Below, in pieces: positions 46,147 through 60,900 of a stretch of DNA of 64,000 bases. This stretch comes from Antedon mediterranea (lineage: Eukaryota; Animalia; Echinodermata): assembly GCF_964355755.1 (NCBI RefSeq), contig NC_092672.1:5146001-5210000 (forward strand), given 5' to 3'. A model generated the notes under the pieces. That model did no database searches. It was given only the letters and a program-made list of their open reading frames with translations, and had not been told where the DNA came from. The position numbers and the translations under genes were made by a program. Position 1 is the first letter of the stretch, and the number at the start of each line of letters is the position of its first letter.

Positions 46147-49100
46147 GTTTAAAGATTGCTTCAAAAGAAAACTCTAAAATTAAAACAAAAAAGAAGTTTG
46201 GACAAAGAAAGAGAAATTGTAAAACATGTATACTTTCTAATAACTCAATTAAGTTACCGTCACATGTGATACGATGTGTAGGCCAACACTGTATTACATT
46301 GTATATTATAGACAGTACCGATAATCTTCTATGTTGTACGTTACCTGAGAGATTCGCCGTTATATAATAATGAATGTACTTTTTCAAAGTTATTTCCAGG
46401 GCAAGGCCTTTATCCAATATATATATAGTATAGTTAGTATAGTAGAACTAGTAGAATGAGCTACGATTTTATAAAATCATCCAAGAGTTTTAAACGATCG
46501 AGTCAAAAAAACATTGAATTCTATCCAAATCGTGCCAATACATCCATATTTAAAGCACGGCCCTAATTAGTATGCATACACTGGGAGGGAATTATATACT
46601 GAGAAATAGTGATTTACGACTAAGGATGTGGATTAAATGAAAAGGAATACAGAGTAGCTGGGGAGAACAGGAAGAATTAAATAACGTACTCCGGGAATTA
46701 ACATCTGGAGTAGGAGAAATTGTGAGTAGAAAAAGGGTGGTTGACCTAATGGTCAGCAGAGTGTTATCAAACTTACCTCACCAACGTTTACTTCGTCCTG
46801 AATGTGGTCAAACAGTCCAGTGTGGTCAGTGATAATTAAATGATTATTTAACATTATTTTAATATTCTGTCAAAAACACTCAAACGGGCACTCAAATGTA
46901 GCAGAGCGCGTGATTGCCGTATCTGTTACTGACACTAGTCGATCGATAGCGCGGTCTGTTTCTGATGTCCAATATTAAAAAATTGATTATATATCATTGA
47001 TCTAAACGAACTATCGTCCAATGCCGTTATGGCGATTTTTTGTCAGTTTAAACAAAAATTAATAAGGCCTACCCAATAACTATATTCTAAGAGAGTGTGA
47101 CGTTTTCTACACAATATTAAAAACATCAGGGTATTTAAAACCCTTTAAAACTTAATTTCATATTAGATTTCTAGCCTCTGATTTTATTAGTTAAACCCTT
47201 AAGTATCGGTAACACAATAACACACTGACAATTGTTCTCTTTTTTTCATAACAATTTATATATTTTTTTAATAGAAAAACTGAACAATAGCTTGTAATGT
47301 AATGGACAAATATATAGAGTTCGCATGACCGTAGTTGACTGTCTACTAGCAGAGGTTAATACACATTGAAGGACAAAATACTAAAATGTAAATAAAACAC
47401 AAAATGATGACGCGCAATACAAAATGATGATTGGTTTATGGTGCAAACAGGGATATGTAAAAAGACTCCCTGGTGCAACTGACCGCAGGTAAACAGAAGT
47501 ATTGACTTTTTTCTCAATTGTACACAACGCTATGTTGACCTATATTATAAAGATGACTTTATTGAAAACAATCACTATAAAAACAAATACTGTGATTCGA
47601 GACTATAAAACATGTAGAATGGTATTTAAACATACACTGTTCAGTAGGCTAGTTATTTCTAAATACTGCGATAAGGACAAACTTGATGTATTTACGAAAG
47701 AAAATTCGTATGTGGAAATACTTTATTCGATTCTCGTGGCTGTACATAATGTATACAGTATCAAATACGTATCACATGTTACGCCTGTCATAAACTTAAC
47801 CCATAATACATGCGTCACTTGCGATACATATGTGACACTGTATTAAGTGATATGCCTATATCCTGTGGACATACAGTAGGCCTACATAGAATCGAAATAT
47901 TGTATTGTAGCATTAATGTAATTGGAATCATGGATATAAAAACATGTATAACGTGAAAGATGATGTTTAAAAAACACAGATTTGGGAATTAATAAAATGT
48001 TGACAATTATGGATTTACATTTTAGATTATTAATAATAATTAAAGACGGATGTTATAATAGGAATGTATTCAAATTGAATGATTTAAGATTACATATGCA
48101 CATAAAACAATATTTCAAGACGTTATTTTCACTTGTTTCAATTTTAAATGTAGTTTTCTCGTGCCGTATACTGGAGAAAAAAGAAGTTGATATAATGAAC
48201 TAGAGCTTAGGTTCTGTCTTGACTATCAACCTAGTTTGACAAAAAAGTGCGATGTGCAAAAATATGGTAGTGATACGACGTCATCGTGTCCATATATGGG
48301 CACATCACATTTTTTGTCACATAAAGTTTGTAATAGTGTAGACAGCTTTCCTTTGTGAAAGTTTGAACTTGGTTCCCATTTCGACGCAACGCAATGACGT
48401 AGGCGCAACGCAAGTGAGTTGACCAATCGTAAGCGATAGTTCGAGTGATCCATTGCGTTGTGATTGGTCAAATTACTTTCATTGAGCTCTACGTCCTTGT
48501 CCTAGTGAGAACAAAGCTTTAAACGTGCCTAATTTCAAAATTCTCTGCTAATATTTTCTACAAAGCGAACAACGGCTGGCTCTACTGTTTAAAAGAAATT
48601 CTAATTAATTTGGTGTTCCAAAAATGACGAACCAAACGTCAAAAGAAAACAAATATGCGTATGATATTACATGTGTGTAAATACTTAAAATATTTTTAAA
48701 ATACTCAATACATATTTAAAAATCAACAACAATGTTTTAAACGGATGACAAATAGTAATCTCAGAATGTTATTAAAAAGATTACCTAGACAAGTAACGCT
48801 ATGATTTTAAACAAAATGAAAATGTGTTTATTTAATAATTACTGTGGTAATATCCTTACTCTCTATGCTCATTTCTGGTTCACACTAAAAATATGCACAG
48901 TTTCATGTTTCCTATACGTGAAATTGATTTAGTGTGAACCACACTATAGTCCTTTTGTAATAAATTTACTAACAAATAAATCGTATTGTTCATACTGTAT
49001 GTAACATGTAATACAACAGATTTGGACAATAAAGAATACACAGCTCAGAAATTGGAGTAAAACCGGAACTATCGCAACACAGGGTTGTGAGCATGTGCAG

Positions 49101-50751
49101 AAGCTTGTTCACTTTCATAGTCTAGGTTTCACATAACAACGCAATGAAAAGCACACTACAGTAACTAATAAGTGACCAGTGATAAAAAGTGAAATTATGA
49201 ATTAAAGTACAGTGTGAATCAAAAATACAATAATCACTGTGAAAGAGTTTTAACCAAAGATTGTTTCCTGGTACTCATAAAATCAAATAAGTTCTTCTGA
49301 CAATTCAAGCTACACTTTCTCTATCAACTTCAAATTAATGAACTTAAATGTTTTGTCAGACCAGCTGTGTGTACCGAGTTATATAACAAATAGTACATTT
49401 TTATATAAAAAAATAGCGATTGATTGTTATAATGAAATTCTTACTAAACTCCAACATGGATAGTTACAGTTAGTCCAATATATGGCTTGCACAAATGACA
49501 AAACAATATTAACAGCACTGTTATAATGACACTACCAAGTTAATTCAACATAGCCCGTTCTAGTATGAATTCGGAATATAGTATTCTCAAGCAAACACAG
49601 ACTTTCAAAAACTTGGTGGATTATTTCTTCTACATATACGTCTACACTACTTAAAACAATGGTAATACAGAATGGACATTGTAATATATTTAAAGTTACG
49701 GAGACTTCAAAACCAAACAGACGAAACTTTGTTCCCAACCCTAAATCCATGAGTGCCACGCCCCACAATCCACCCACCCCACCCTTGACCTCCAGTTAAA
49801 CTACATCGGTACCTTCATTCAATCATACAAGAAATAATGAACACACACATTAAAAACAATTTTACAAAATGCCACTATCTTATTGTACTCAAATTTAAAA
49901 ATTGGAAACAGGTGGAACCATTTGAACGTACTTTAAGAGATCAACACACCCCTTAAATCAAAATGGTACAATCCAATTACAATCTATTTCACAGCTGTAC
50001 TATATATCATAAGGTAAGCACATCAATAATTTACTTCTATGCCTTATTTAGATTTTATCTTTTGCATAGACTTTTAAAAGCACATGTTTAATGTGCAACC
50101 AGAATTTGAATCTACCCGTTTTAGATTACTTTCTATAAAACATTTTTGTCAAATCTAGATTTTTTTCTTTTTGGACATTTGTAAAGACTTTTGATGATAA
50201 ATTTAAACGGAATTATTCAATATATATCTAGATACAGTAGTAGATCCCCTATCCTTTGGGATACCCTATTCAGGGGGAACCCCTACTAAGGAGGCACACA
50301 ATGGGGAATATATGTGATGTTGGCAAACCCTATTAAAGGGGCGACGTTTTCCTGTTAAGGGGACACTGTTTTATGTCCCTTAATAGTGGATCTACTGTGA
50401 TTTCAAATTCTCAATAATAATTTCTTATAAATTTAAATATCATGCTTTCTCAATAATGTGCGAGTGAGTGAAAATTCAGAACTATATCTCTCTACGCCGG
50501 TCACAAATTCATTCTACAAATTAATCAAGAATCAAGATATAAAAAACTCTCAATAGAAATCGGTAATCAACAATTAGCTTCACAATAAAACTATTTCTTA
50601 AAATTTATCCGATGGAAACTTCCTTTATATTGCCTTGTCCTGGAAGATTTTGGTTGAGTGTTTTTTTTATTTTTGATGGAGTTACAAATCCCTTGGAAAT
50701 TGGTAATTATTAAAATATTTACAGATGGTATCAAATTGAATATTACCAACA

Positions 50752-53700
50752 TCACAGAAAGTAGTCTGGTTGTGGTTTCTTGGCTGGAATACCTCTTGAT
50801 TCCTGTAATAAAAAAAAGAGAGAAAATATATCTAAATATTATTCTACGTTGTGGCTATGTTTAATCGTTGTACGACGATGTATTAAGAGAAGATGTCAAA
50901 ATTGGTATTGATGGGTTTTAAACCATAGCATAAACTTGCCTGAGCCTTTGGCCTGCTTATGGCAGTGTGATGTTACATTCTTTTAGTTATTTATGGCGCA
51001 ACAACATCATGGCGCAATGCACTTTAAAAAACCTAGTACATCTTTCGAGACTAGTAGGGGGTTAGCACAGTGTATTATTCACACACATCCACTGTCTTAA
51101 GTAGGCCTTCTAGTACAACAATGAAGATAGCAAGGAGTGGAAATCATATAAGGATAAGTCATACCTGTGGGGCTGCTTCAAATATCGTAAAGTCTTTTTG
51201 TAAATGTTCATCAAGTTCCAAAATGGCTGCAACATTACCACATCTGTACAATTTAATAAAGAAAAAAAAATATTTTTGAAAGATCTTTATTCACGGGATA
51301 CTTCTACTAAGGGACACCATGAAGCAAACGAGGAGAAATACGTCTTAACAATAATAATAACTGATTTTTATTGCTAACAAAAAAACAACATAAACATATC
51401 ATTGGTGATAAGATTTAGTTAAAAGAAACTAATCACAACTTAACACCAACTTTCATAAGAAATAGTATAACTAAAGCGTGGTTCCCACTAGCGACGCAAT
51501 GCAAGGACGTAATGCAACGCAAGTGAATTGACCAATCACAAACGATGGCTTATTCGCTTGTGATTGCTAACTGTCTATAACTTCGCTTGTCATTGGTTAA
51601 AACGCTTGCGTTGCGTTTACGTCCTTGCGTTACGTTCTAGTGGGAACCACGCTTAAGAAATATGCCATATGTTGAAATAATTAATTTAACGTATTTAAAA
51701 TGAAGAAAAAGAAGATAAATGTAAAGCTTTAAGTTACGATAACTATAAATAAATATCAAATAATAAAAATAAAAAATGTGGTAACAATAAAGCCAAACAC
51801 TATTTTAGTTGAACCATCTATTGGGTCTTGAAAGTAGCCAGCTTAATCTAATGAGCAAAGGCTCACGTTTGTAATCTATACAAAAGACATTCATTCATAT
51901 ATCCATTCCAAATACTGTATACTGTCTTCAAATCCTAACTACAAATTTTTCTAAAAATTATTGCTCTGCCACTTAGTATGTTTATCTGTAACTAATTGCC
52001 CACTATTGGGTTAAATTTGCCATTGGATTTTTCGGGCAACAAACCAAAAAAAGAATTATTCAAACAATATTTCATACGTTACCTATAACAATAGTTTGGC
52101 GCGGACCAGACCGTTAACACTGTTTCATTGAAGTGCCATTTATAGCCCTCCATGACAAGTTGATGTGCTCTACATATCATTTCAACATCGTTGGTCTCAT
52201 TAAATAGTTGTACCACATCACTGCCAAACAAATAGCCAGCACCTCTAGGACTCACTCCCCATCCCTGTGTATCTAAAGCAATTAGAAGCAGTACGTTAAC
52301 TACACATTAGGGAGGTTTCACAATCTTACGAATACGATAACGAAAACACACGCACACGTATTCGTTTTTCGTAAGCCAGTAAAAATCTGTTTCGTATGGC
52401 AACGAAATATTGAGGGCGCCGTCCAAAATATGACAGCGGTAAATTTGAGCGAAGGGCAGGTACGTGTTGCTTGGCTGCCTAGGCCTAGCGTAACATCAAA
52501 GTGAGTGAGGACTTTAAAAACTGATATTTATCAAAATTGACCTAGCATTTTAGTAAATTACTTTCAATAAATCTATTATTATATTATAATCATGAATAAT
52601 TCCTGATTGAAATGCAAAATGTGCAAATAGATAAAAAAACTACACTCGTTTTGTAGTTACGAATATGACTGATGATGATATTCGTCAACACGAAAACGCT
52701 TACGAATATGAAATGGGGATCAGCTCAAAAGTTTTACAAATGTGTGACGTATCGTTTTTGTTATCGTATTCGTAAGGTTGAGAAACCTTCCTATTATATT
52801 ATCATTACAAAATTACATTTACTTGTGAAATATTGAAGTCATTTCTGATTTCAGTCATTTGAGGTCACAGGTGTTGACTGAAATGTTTTCTCCGAGTGTT
52901 GGTGCCTTATGGCAACGGAGGTCTGTAATATGATGGCGCTAGTTCATTTGAATACCACCTGGGTATATATGAGGCACGTACAATAATGCTCTCTCACTTA
53001 GCAACATACAACATCCATCTATTCATTATAAGGTCCTCCGACTGTATTAGCCACTCCTTTACAAACTTAAAATGTATATGTTGTTTTAAATATTGCCAAA
53101 ACCAATAAAATAAATAAAATCCATAAACTAAACACACTCTCTGCAACCCATTTGGTTAAATGCAAATATCTTGCATTGTGGGAGATGTATGCGATTGAAT
53201 ATAGACTGTGTTCTCACCTTCTGGATCTGACCAGAGAAGGTCGCACATGGGGCCGTCGTGAGGTACCTCTTGTTTGCGATCTATGATTCGTATTTGGTCC
53301 AATGTGTTGATAGATGGTGAAAGGCCACCATGAACACAGAAAATCTGCGAAAAAAAAAATTTTCATTATTTACTCAATTTGTTAATTTAAGGGTCTTTCA
53401 CACCTGTTCCGGCACGGTTCCGGTCCAAAAGGGAAAAACAAATCAAACATCAATGTTTTATTTTAACGACGCTCCATGGAGCTTTGCGCCAAACGATATG
53501 CGCAGCCATGTAAAAACGAAACATTGAAACTGATTTGATTTGCTGGCGCACACCCTTGCCGGGACAGGTGAGAAAAAGCCGTACCATTAATTAGAAGTAC
53601 CATTAATGAATATTACTTTATGTTGAAAATTTTAAAACACTGTACCTTTCCATCTATAATTGCTGACAGGCTAAGGTAATCAAAGATTTCTGTGCAGTAA

Positions 53701-55553
53701 CGCCATACTGTTATGGATCCGTACTTGCGAAGACATTCATCGTAGAATCCGTATACTTGCGTGATTTGTCGACTCTCATGATTACCTCTAATCAGCGTTA
53801 TTCTGTCGGGATATCTTACCTATAAACATAATAAATTAGACAAAGCAATAGGTTTGTTAAATTTGTATGGCTTTTATGCATTATATGTATGGTAGGTATA
53901 AATTATTTAAATATTAAGCAACAATTGATTGGTATATATCTATCAGAACAGAGAAATAAATAGGCTTTAATAAAGAATAAACAAAACAGTCTTAAGCTTT
54001 GTCTACACTATCAATCTTTATGTGACAACAAAATGTGATGTGCCCATATATGGATATGATGATGTCATATCACTACCATATCTAGACATACCATACTTGT
54101 TTTTGTTAAACTAGTTTGATAGTGTAGACAGAGCTAATACATTCTTTAAATAAAAAGCATGATTAAAAAATTGGACATACCTTAAGTGCTAATAACAATA
54201 AAAACGTCTCTACGCTGTAAAATCCTCTGTCTACAAAATCCCCTAAAAATAGATAGTTAGTGTCCGGAACATCTCCTCCAACCTTTGATTTAAATAAAAA
54301 AGAAAATAAATTAACATGTTATTCAAAAGTTATTAAAATGTGTAGTTTCAGAATGTTTTTGCTAGCACATGCAAGTTAAAAAAACAGCAACTGTAACTAA
54401 CAGCTAAATAAATTTAAATCAAGCATGCTATAATTATAGACAATTCTATAACAGCATGGTTACATTATACAACATACCTTAAATAACTCTTTGAGATCAT
54501 AAAACTGTCCATGTATATCGCCACAGACTGTGACCGGTGAATCAACTCTTTGTACATTACCTTCTTCTACTAATATTTCCCTGAGGACGAAATTAAATAA
54601 AATCTTTGATTACCAAGAATTACCGAAAAACATGAATAAATCTTTCAATCATTGAATATAAATGTCAGGTGTCATCCTTAAGTAGTTTTCTCGCTGGCCT
54701 GAATTCACTGTTGCTGTACAGTTTTTTTTTTATAAAAAAACAAATATTAAGGATTGTATACATTACTGTAAGTACCTTATCATAAAAGTTTCTGTGAAAT
54801 GGGCCAGTTACAATACTACAGTAGGAGTTTTTACAGGCCTGTCATGAGATTTACTGGCCATTGGTCAGTGAACATGCACTACTGTAGGGTGGGTTGATGA
54901 ACAGTACGATTTCTAAAAAATACTATACAGTCAACACTCCAAATACCGGACACCTTTGTGCTGGCCAACTATGTCAGGTTTTCCAGAAAGTCTGGTATTC
55001 AGAATGTGCTTTTATTGGTAAAGAGGAATTTGGGACCTTTTGGATCTCAAGAAAAATCATTGGAGAGTTTCCGGTTTTCAGAGAGTCCGATGTTTGGAGA
55101 CTGTATATACTGTATCAATAATAGGAATTTTTAATATCTTTTCTTACCTGGCTTTGGCACATAATGCCTTGACTTCACTTTCTTTAATAATTTCACATCT
55201 TCTTAGCTGCTCTATTTGTCTGCAGAATGCAAAAGAAAGTTAAAACTCACACTTTGCTATTTTTTATTTTTTTTGTACTATATAATATTTGTTCTATTTT
55301 GTTAGGGTTGCATATTTAGGGTTTCATGCTTATTTTGTATACCATTCCATGATCATGTTATTGTATTTGTACTGTACTGTATATGTTTTTATTTTGATTA
55401 TGGAATAAAAATGTTGATGATTGAAGTGGTGAAAGAGGAGGTTAAATATATTATTAGTTGGCACTACTAAAATGTGTATTTTGAAAACTCTTTTCAATTC
55501 ATCTTTTCTTCCTAGATAGATGCTTACCTGTCTAGGTCACTGCAGTCGGTCAT
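50752..55553 (-). CDS. PPP4C: Serine/threonine protein phosphatase 4 catalytic subunit, 307 aa
   Basis: Exons 55553-55528, 55219-55148, 54580-54478, 54282-54181, 53819-53646, 53344-53218, 52272-52083, 51243-51165 and 50802-50752 sum to 924 nt. The protein begins [18 protein letters not shown], contains GDIHG, GDFVDRG, RGNHE and [11 protein letters not shown], and ends KKPQPDYFL. Confidence 0.97.
51475..51653. mobile_element. Family-B MITE (intact) in a PPP4C intron
   Basis: TIRs with a TAA/TAA duplication. Confidence 0.9.
52309..52792. mobile_element. MITE with about 40-bp TIRs and an apparent ATT target duplication (PHIS/Harbinger-related)
   Basis: AGGGAGGTTTCACAATCTTACGAATACGATAAC ... GTTATCGTATTCGTAAGGTTGAGAAACCTTCCT, with ATT at 52306-52308 and 52793-52795. 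Confidence 0.75.
53390..53582. mobile_element. Degenerate Harbinger-like MITE; matching end at about 59870-59899
   Basis: Imperfect TIRs TCTTTCACACCTGTTCCGGCA / TGCCGGGACAGGTGAGAAA. Confidence 0.55.
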
Positions 55554-57914
55554 TGTTAAGCACACAGCAGTAGTTAAAAGTCAATATACCCAGCTTTGCT
55601 ATTGTGTCTGAGGGAGAAAAAAAAGATCAAAATATGGTAATGATATACTAAGTACGTCAATAAGTGTATTCATTTCTATCAATGGTAAATAATACAAAGC
55701 AATACAATAGAATATAAAATGAAAATTAAACTATTGTTTTATTCTTGTCAGCACGGTAATCAAAGTTTTGTTGTGGAATTTTGGTCAACTTTCATCAATA
55801 GATTTAATAAAATTAAAAAAAAAAACACATAGCAGCATGGAAATCTAAGATAGATACAATAGTATATATATAGACATATCTACAGTACTAGCTAGGCCTA
55901 CTTACTACTTTAGTAAGCCCTAACTAAAAAAGATTTTAGAAAAACGTTAAGATTAAAGACATGTTTTTGAAAAAATATAACGGAAGGAAAATGAAAATAT
56001 TTTCACTGTCAACCTTCAGCACCGTTTCCCCTTAAAAGAAAGATTTAAAAGACAATTTTCGTACTAGGCCTAGCCATCTATGGAACACCCATCTATGCTA
56101 GGCCTAGTAATAGGCAGGTTACTCACTGCGTTCAACCCCCGGCGGCATTGCCATTGAAACAACGGTACCGGCGATGGCGGGTAGGCCTGGCCTAGGCCTA
56201 GGCTAGGCTTTCTAGACTATTTCTAATCTAAAATAGAACATAACATACGACGTGAGACAGCTTAGAATAAACAGGAAACAACAATTATACTTACTAAATT
56301 AATTTGAATTCACGCGTTGGTGTAACAACATGAAATTTAATCAATTTCGAATAAAGCTAGGCTAGGCCTCCTCGGAAAGAAAATTACGACACAGCTAGCG
56401 GCACTCTCTGAACGACTTCTTACGTCACTTGTTTGCGTGTAGTAGCCTTCACTGTACTGTCGCTATATAGTATTTGTTCCTACCAGCATAAGTATGGCAC
56501 GACAAAATAGACAATTAAAATAGCGATAGCGAAATTCCTACTTCTATCAACTTTGTAAACATAGGCCTACAATTAATGAAGTTAACTTGGCCACCTGACG
56601 TAGATTAATGCTTCATTAAATGTTGAGTTTAGCTTGGGTATGTGCTAATTTAGTTTTCAATCCTCCTTGGTTTTATTAGCTATGATCAGTACCAGAGTGG
56701 TTTTATTCTCTGGTAGGCCAGATAAATCATAGCTAATAAAAATACTCGAAGTTCCTGCAAACCTGAATCCGACTTTCCTAGTAGGCTACCAAGCCGTATA
56801 GTAATGTAATAAAACAAATACAATTCTAAGTCACCACATAAATTGTTTATTGTGACGTACAATTACAAATATTTACTAATTAGTCGACTTGGGCACTTTT
56901 GTCGTACTTTATACTATTACGAATTGGAATCTTATTATTTACTTATAATATTTAACAAAATATACAAATTACAATATGAAAAGCACTTTTTACACAAAAG
57001 CAATTACTGGATTTATCAATTACATTGACCCCGTTGATTATATTTAAAAACAGCAATTATAGTTTCTTAGGAAACAAACATTTTCTGTCAATTACAAATT
57101 CACTTTTTACAACAATTCTGACTAAATCAGTTCTTTTCAAAATACAAATATATACAATTCTACACTATATTTTTAAATTTAACAATAAACAAACAAACAT
57201 TCAACATGTATAATACTGAATAATAAATAAAGTTTAACATGATTTTTATAGCAATATTCGAGCGTTCAAAAGCGCGCGATATTGTTTTCTTTTGTAGGTC
57301 TATTTTCACGGCTCCAGGGAAGAACAACCACCTGTGCTAAACAAAGTTTAATTGACTTGAACTGAATTAGAACGGTAAAATAATATAATACAAGATACAG
57401 TTGGTTTATATTGCCCTCTGTAAAGGGCAACGCAAGTGCCTATAGCCGAATTCTCGTTTGTGACTGGTTACGTCAAGCAAGTAGTCGCAACGTGTGTGGA
57501 AACCAAGCTTAAGCAGGCTACGTGCGTTTTAGTAAGGATAAATGTTAACAACTTTATATTCACATATATAGGGCTCATAACTAAAATTAGTATACATTTT
57601 TTAGTACTTTGTACGTGTGAACTTTCTAGGCCACAAGTCACGAATGATTGTTTATTCTGTACTGCACTTTTAGAAGGTCAATGTTATGAGTGGGAGATTA
57701 GTACGCGGATCAACTATATAAAAACCCGGATATCAACAATATAGTTCATAGGTTCCGCCAATGGTTCCACTATAAGCACAACGGAAAAGGCAGGAGACGG
57801 ATTTCTTTTTTCATCGTTCATATATCAAGTAGTGAACTATGTCCTTCAAACGATATTCTGGCGCGTAAGTTTATATAGGCCTATAAATTGGATCCAGCCG
57901 AAATTTGTGACATC

Positions 57915-60900
57915 TTAATTTTTTAATTTACTTCCTGTCAACTGCAAAGGTATCTCAGACGTCTGAGTCAAGCTCTTTTTTGATGACAAGCTATACGTGT
58001 TCTCTATGGTTGAGTTTGGTGGTGAGGCAACTCCTTCTCCAATATTATTGAATTCCTTGTTTTCACTCTGTAATGGAACCAAATTGTTAGATCATTCATT
58101 CATTCAACATTTATTCAAAGAGAAGTCATTGAACAAAACCAACAAATATGCAATTCGATCGTGCATAGTAAAGAATAATAATAAGGCACAGTCCATTATA
58201 GAGAATACTTTTTAGGAAACAGTTTAATAAAAAAAAATATTTGTCTCATATCCTAAAATAAAAAGAAATTCATAAGCAAAAGAAATATCAAGACCCATTC
58301 TGATTTTATGTTTACTTTTTATTTAACTTTATTGAAAATAATAGTAATTACTAGGAGTAGGCCTAGGTTAGTGAAAACTTCCTCCTTTAGCATTAAGAAA
58401 GACGGCTAGCTTAACCAATAGCCAGTACTTGGTCATACGCTGGTACCATCATAAAATTACAACACTCCACCCACAGCTAATATTGATAAGTGGGTCATTT
58501 TCTGAACTTCATTCTTCCTATGTCCTCCTTTTGGAACTTAACTTGGATTAGGTGGAGGTTGGAAGAAGTTAACAACCAGTCTATTGCATAATAGGACACT
58601 ACTTCTCAAGTGTAGGTGTTTTTTTAGAAAAAAATCCGTAAATAATATGAAAGAATTTACCTTTTTCAAGCTAACTTTAAAGCCTCTTTTCTTCTTCATG
58701 CTCGTCCATGCATTCTTGACCTAAAAGACCATAATCGATCATGTTAATAAATTCTAACCTTTATATTGTTTTATTTTTTTTTTTAATACTGAATTTATTT
58801 TTAATATTTTGAATTGAATTGTATTACAAAACTTTGAATTAACAGCATTTGATAATACTTTGAGAAAAGTGTAGATGACGACAGAGGGCGTTCTATTTAA
58901 TACATCGGCCCATATCAACGATACAAAAAACTCGAGTTGTGTATTATTTTCTTGCTAATGAATTTCTTGGAACTCCTGCAATGAGCATAACATAATCATA
59001 TCATACTATATGCCTACCTCTCGACTCCAGAAAAACTGAGTAAGCCAAATAAAAACTCCCTGGCAACTATTGGCGATGACAAACACGTACTTAAGCCATA
59101 TGTCATCGAAAAACAGTACCAAGTATCCTGTTACCCACGTGACTCCAATAACTGGTAGGAGTAAAGTAGCGCGTAGTGCGACGTACCTGTGACAAAAAAA
59201 AAGAATTATTAGTCATTCTTCATGGACCTATAGGTTGTTTTTGTTAGGCCTACTTTTTTATACCTCGATGTTGTAAACACGTTCGTCTGTTGGCTTTTAC
59301 ATACAGTATATAGGTTAATGAGCATTGTTTTACAACAGTACATAGATCATGTATCGCCTGGTACTTACCAGCATAACATATATTATAATGTAATCGATAG
59401 TGTTGTTATTAGTTTTTACTGTTTCAACTTACTTTATGTCATCTACTTGACGCTTCTTTGTCACGTTTGCACTACGAGACTTTTTAGAAACTTCAAACAG
59501 TACTCTTGAAATGAGAGCTATATTAACCTATATAGTAAACGTATATAAAAAGTTAGCAAGTTGGAAAGATTTCTTCGATACCTTAATCAATACCAAAAAC
59601 ACTGTAGTATACGTCTACTGGGAGTGAACGTCGTTCGTCGTCGATACTTAGCCTATATCAGTAGGCCTATAAAAAAATGGTTTACTTTACCAGAACAACA
59701 GCAACAACCGGACCAACGAATCCCCATATTGCCTTTTCTTTATAATTTAACCAGCATTCTCTGAAGGGAAAAAGACAATCCATTTACAAATTTATCGACA
59801 GGGAAGTACTTCTGAGGAAATATGGGCAATCAGTCAAAACACTACATAAGCGCAACAGGTATAAAGGTCTTCCGTGCCGGAACAGGTGTGAAAGACACTT
59901 GAACACGTCGTCGATAAGTGAACGAACCCAAGATTTGTATATAGATCTTCAGGTAAAAGAAAAATGAGTTTACTAATAGTTAGACACTGACGTTGTGCTC
60001 TAACCAATGTAAATATATATAAATTAAGAAATAATAAATGTGGGGTATACATTCAGTAAAAGAGAAAAACAAACAAACGAAAATGACTTACTCGTCTAAA
60101 ACATAATCTTCTTGTGTCACGGCGGCCGTTACTAAAACGACGATAAGCGGCAACCCCCAGCCGACGAATCTACTCCATTTCATTCTTTTGTGATGATTGG
60201 CAAACGAATAAAATACTTTGGCATACAAATCCGCACTAAATATCATCATCCATACAAACACCACCAGTAGACTGTAGTGGAGGATTCCGGCATAAATAGC
60301 ACAAACAATCTATCAAAGGATCGGAAACTATTACTTATTAAACAATGATTTACCATTAGGTGTTTTCGTCTGATTCTTATTATACGGTATTGTGTCTAAC
60401 GACAATAAACAGAGCCTACAGTTTCTTCCTTTCTGATTATAACCTTTCTCCTATTATATGCCTACATTGTGCCCCACCCCTGTCCTAATACGCTATGTAA
60501 ACGCTTTTCAGCAAGAGGTTTGGCTGAATGATTGGTAAAATAATAAACAGTGCTATAAGCATACAGAAGTATGATTATACAGACTCTAATGTTCTAAATG
60601 CGCCATTCACTTTTTGTATAGTTTGGGGTAAATCGTTTACCATATTACGCAAACAAGCGCGCATTAGTATTTCTTGGAAGCTTTATTGATGACACCCGGA
60701 AATGTTTATCAAAATGATAAAAGTTCAGTAAGACTCAGGGATTTACCCTCTTGTCCTATGTTCCTAAATTAACATGAACAAATATTTACCGAAATTCAAC
60801 TATTACTCTAACAAGTTTCACTTTGACTAAACACTTCTTTTGTGCCTGTGGTTTCAGGGTAGTGATATTCACTTTAATAGGTCAAAATGAGTTAGGCCTA

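Noticed and set aside
46200-50700. Short ORFs between SLC6 and PPP4C
   Set aside because: They are AT-rich or MITE-derived with no motifs, and the region is consistent with the SLC6 5' region and the PPP4C 3'UTR.
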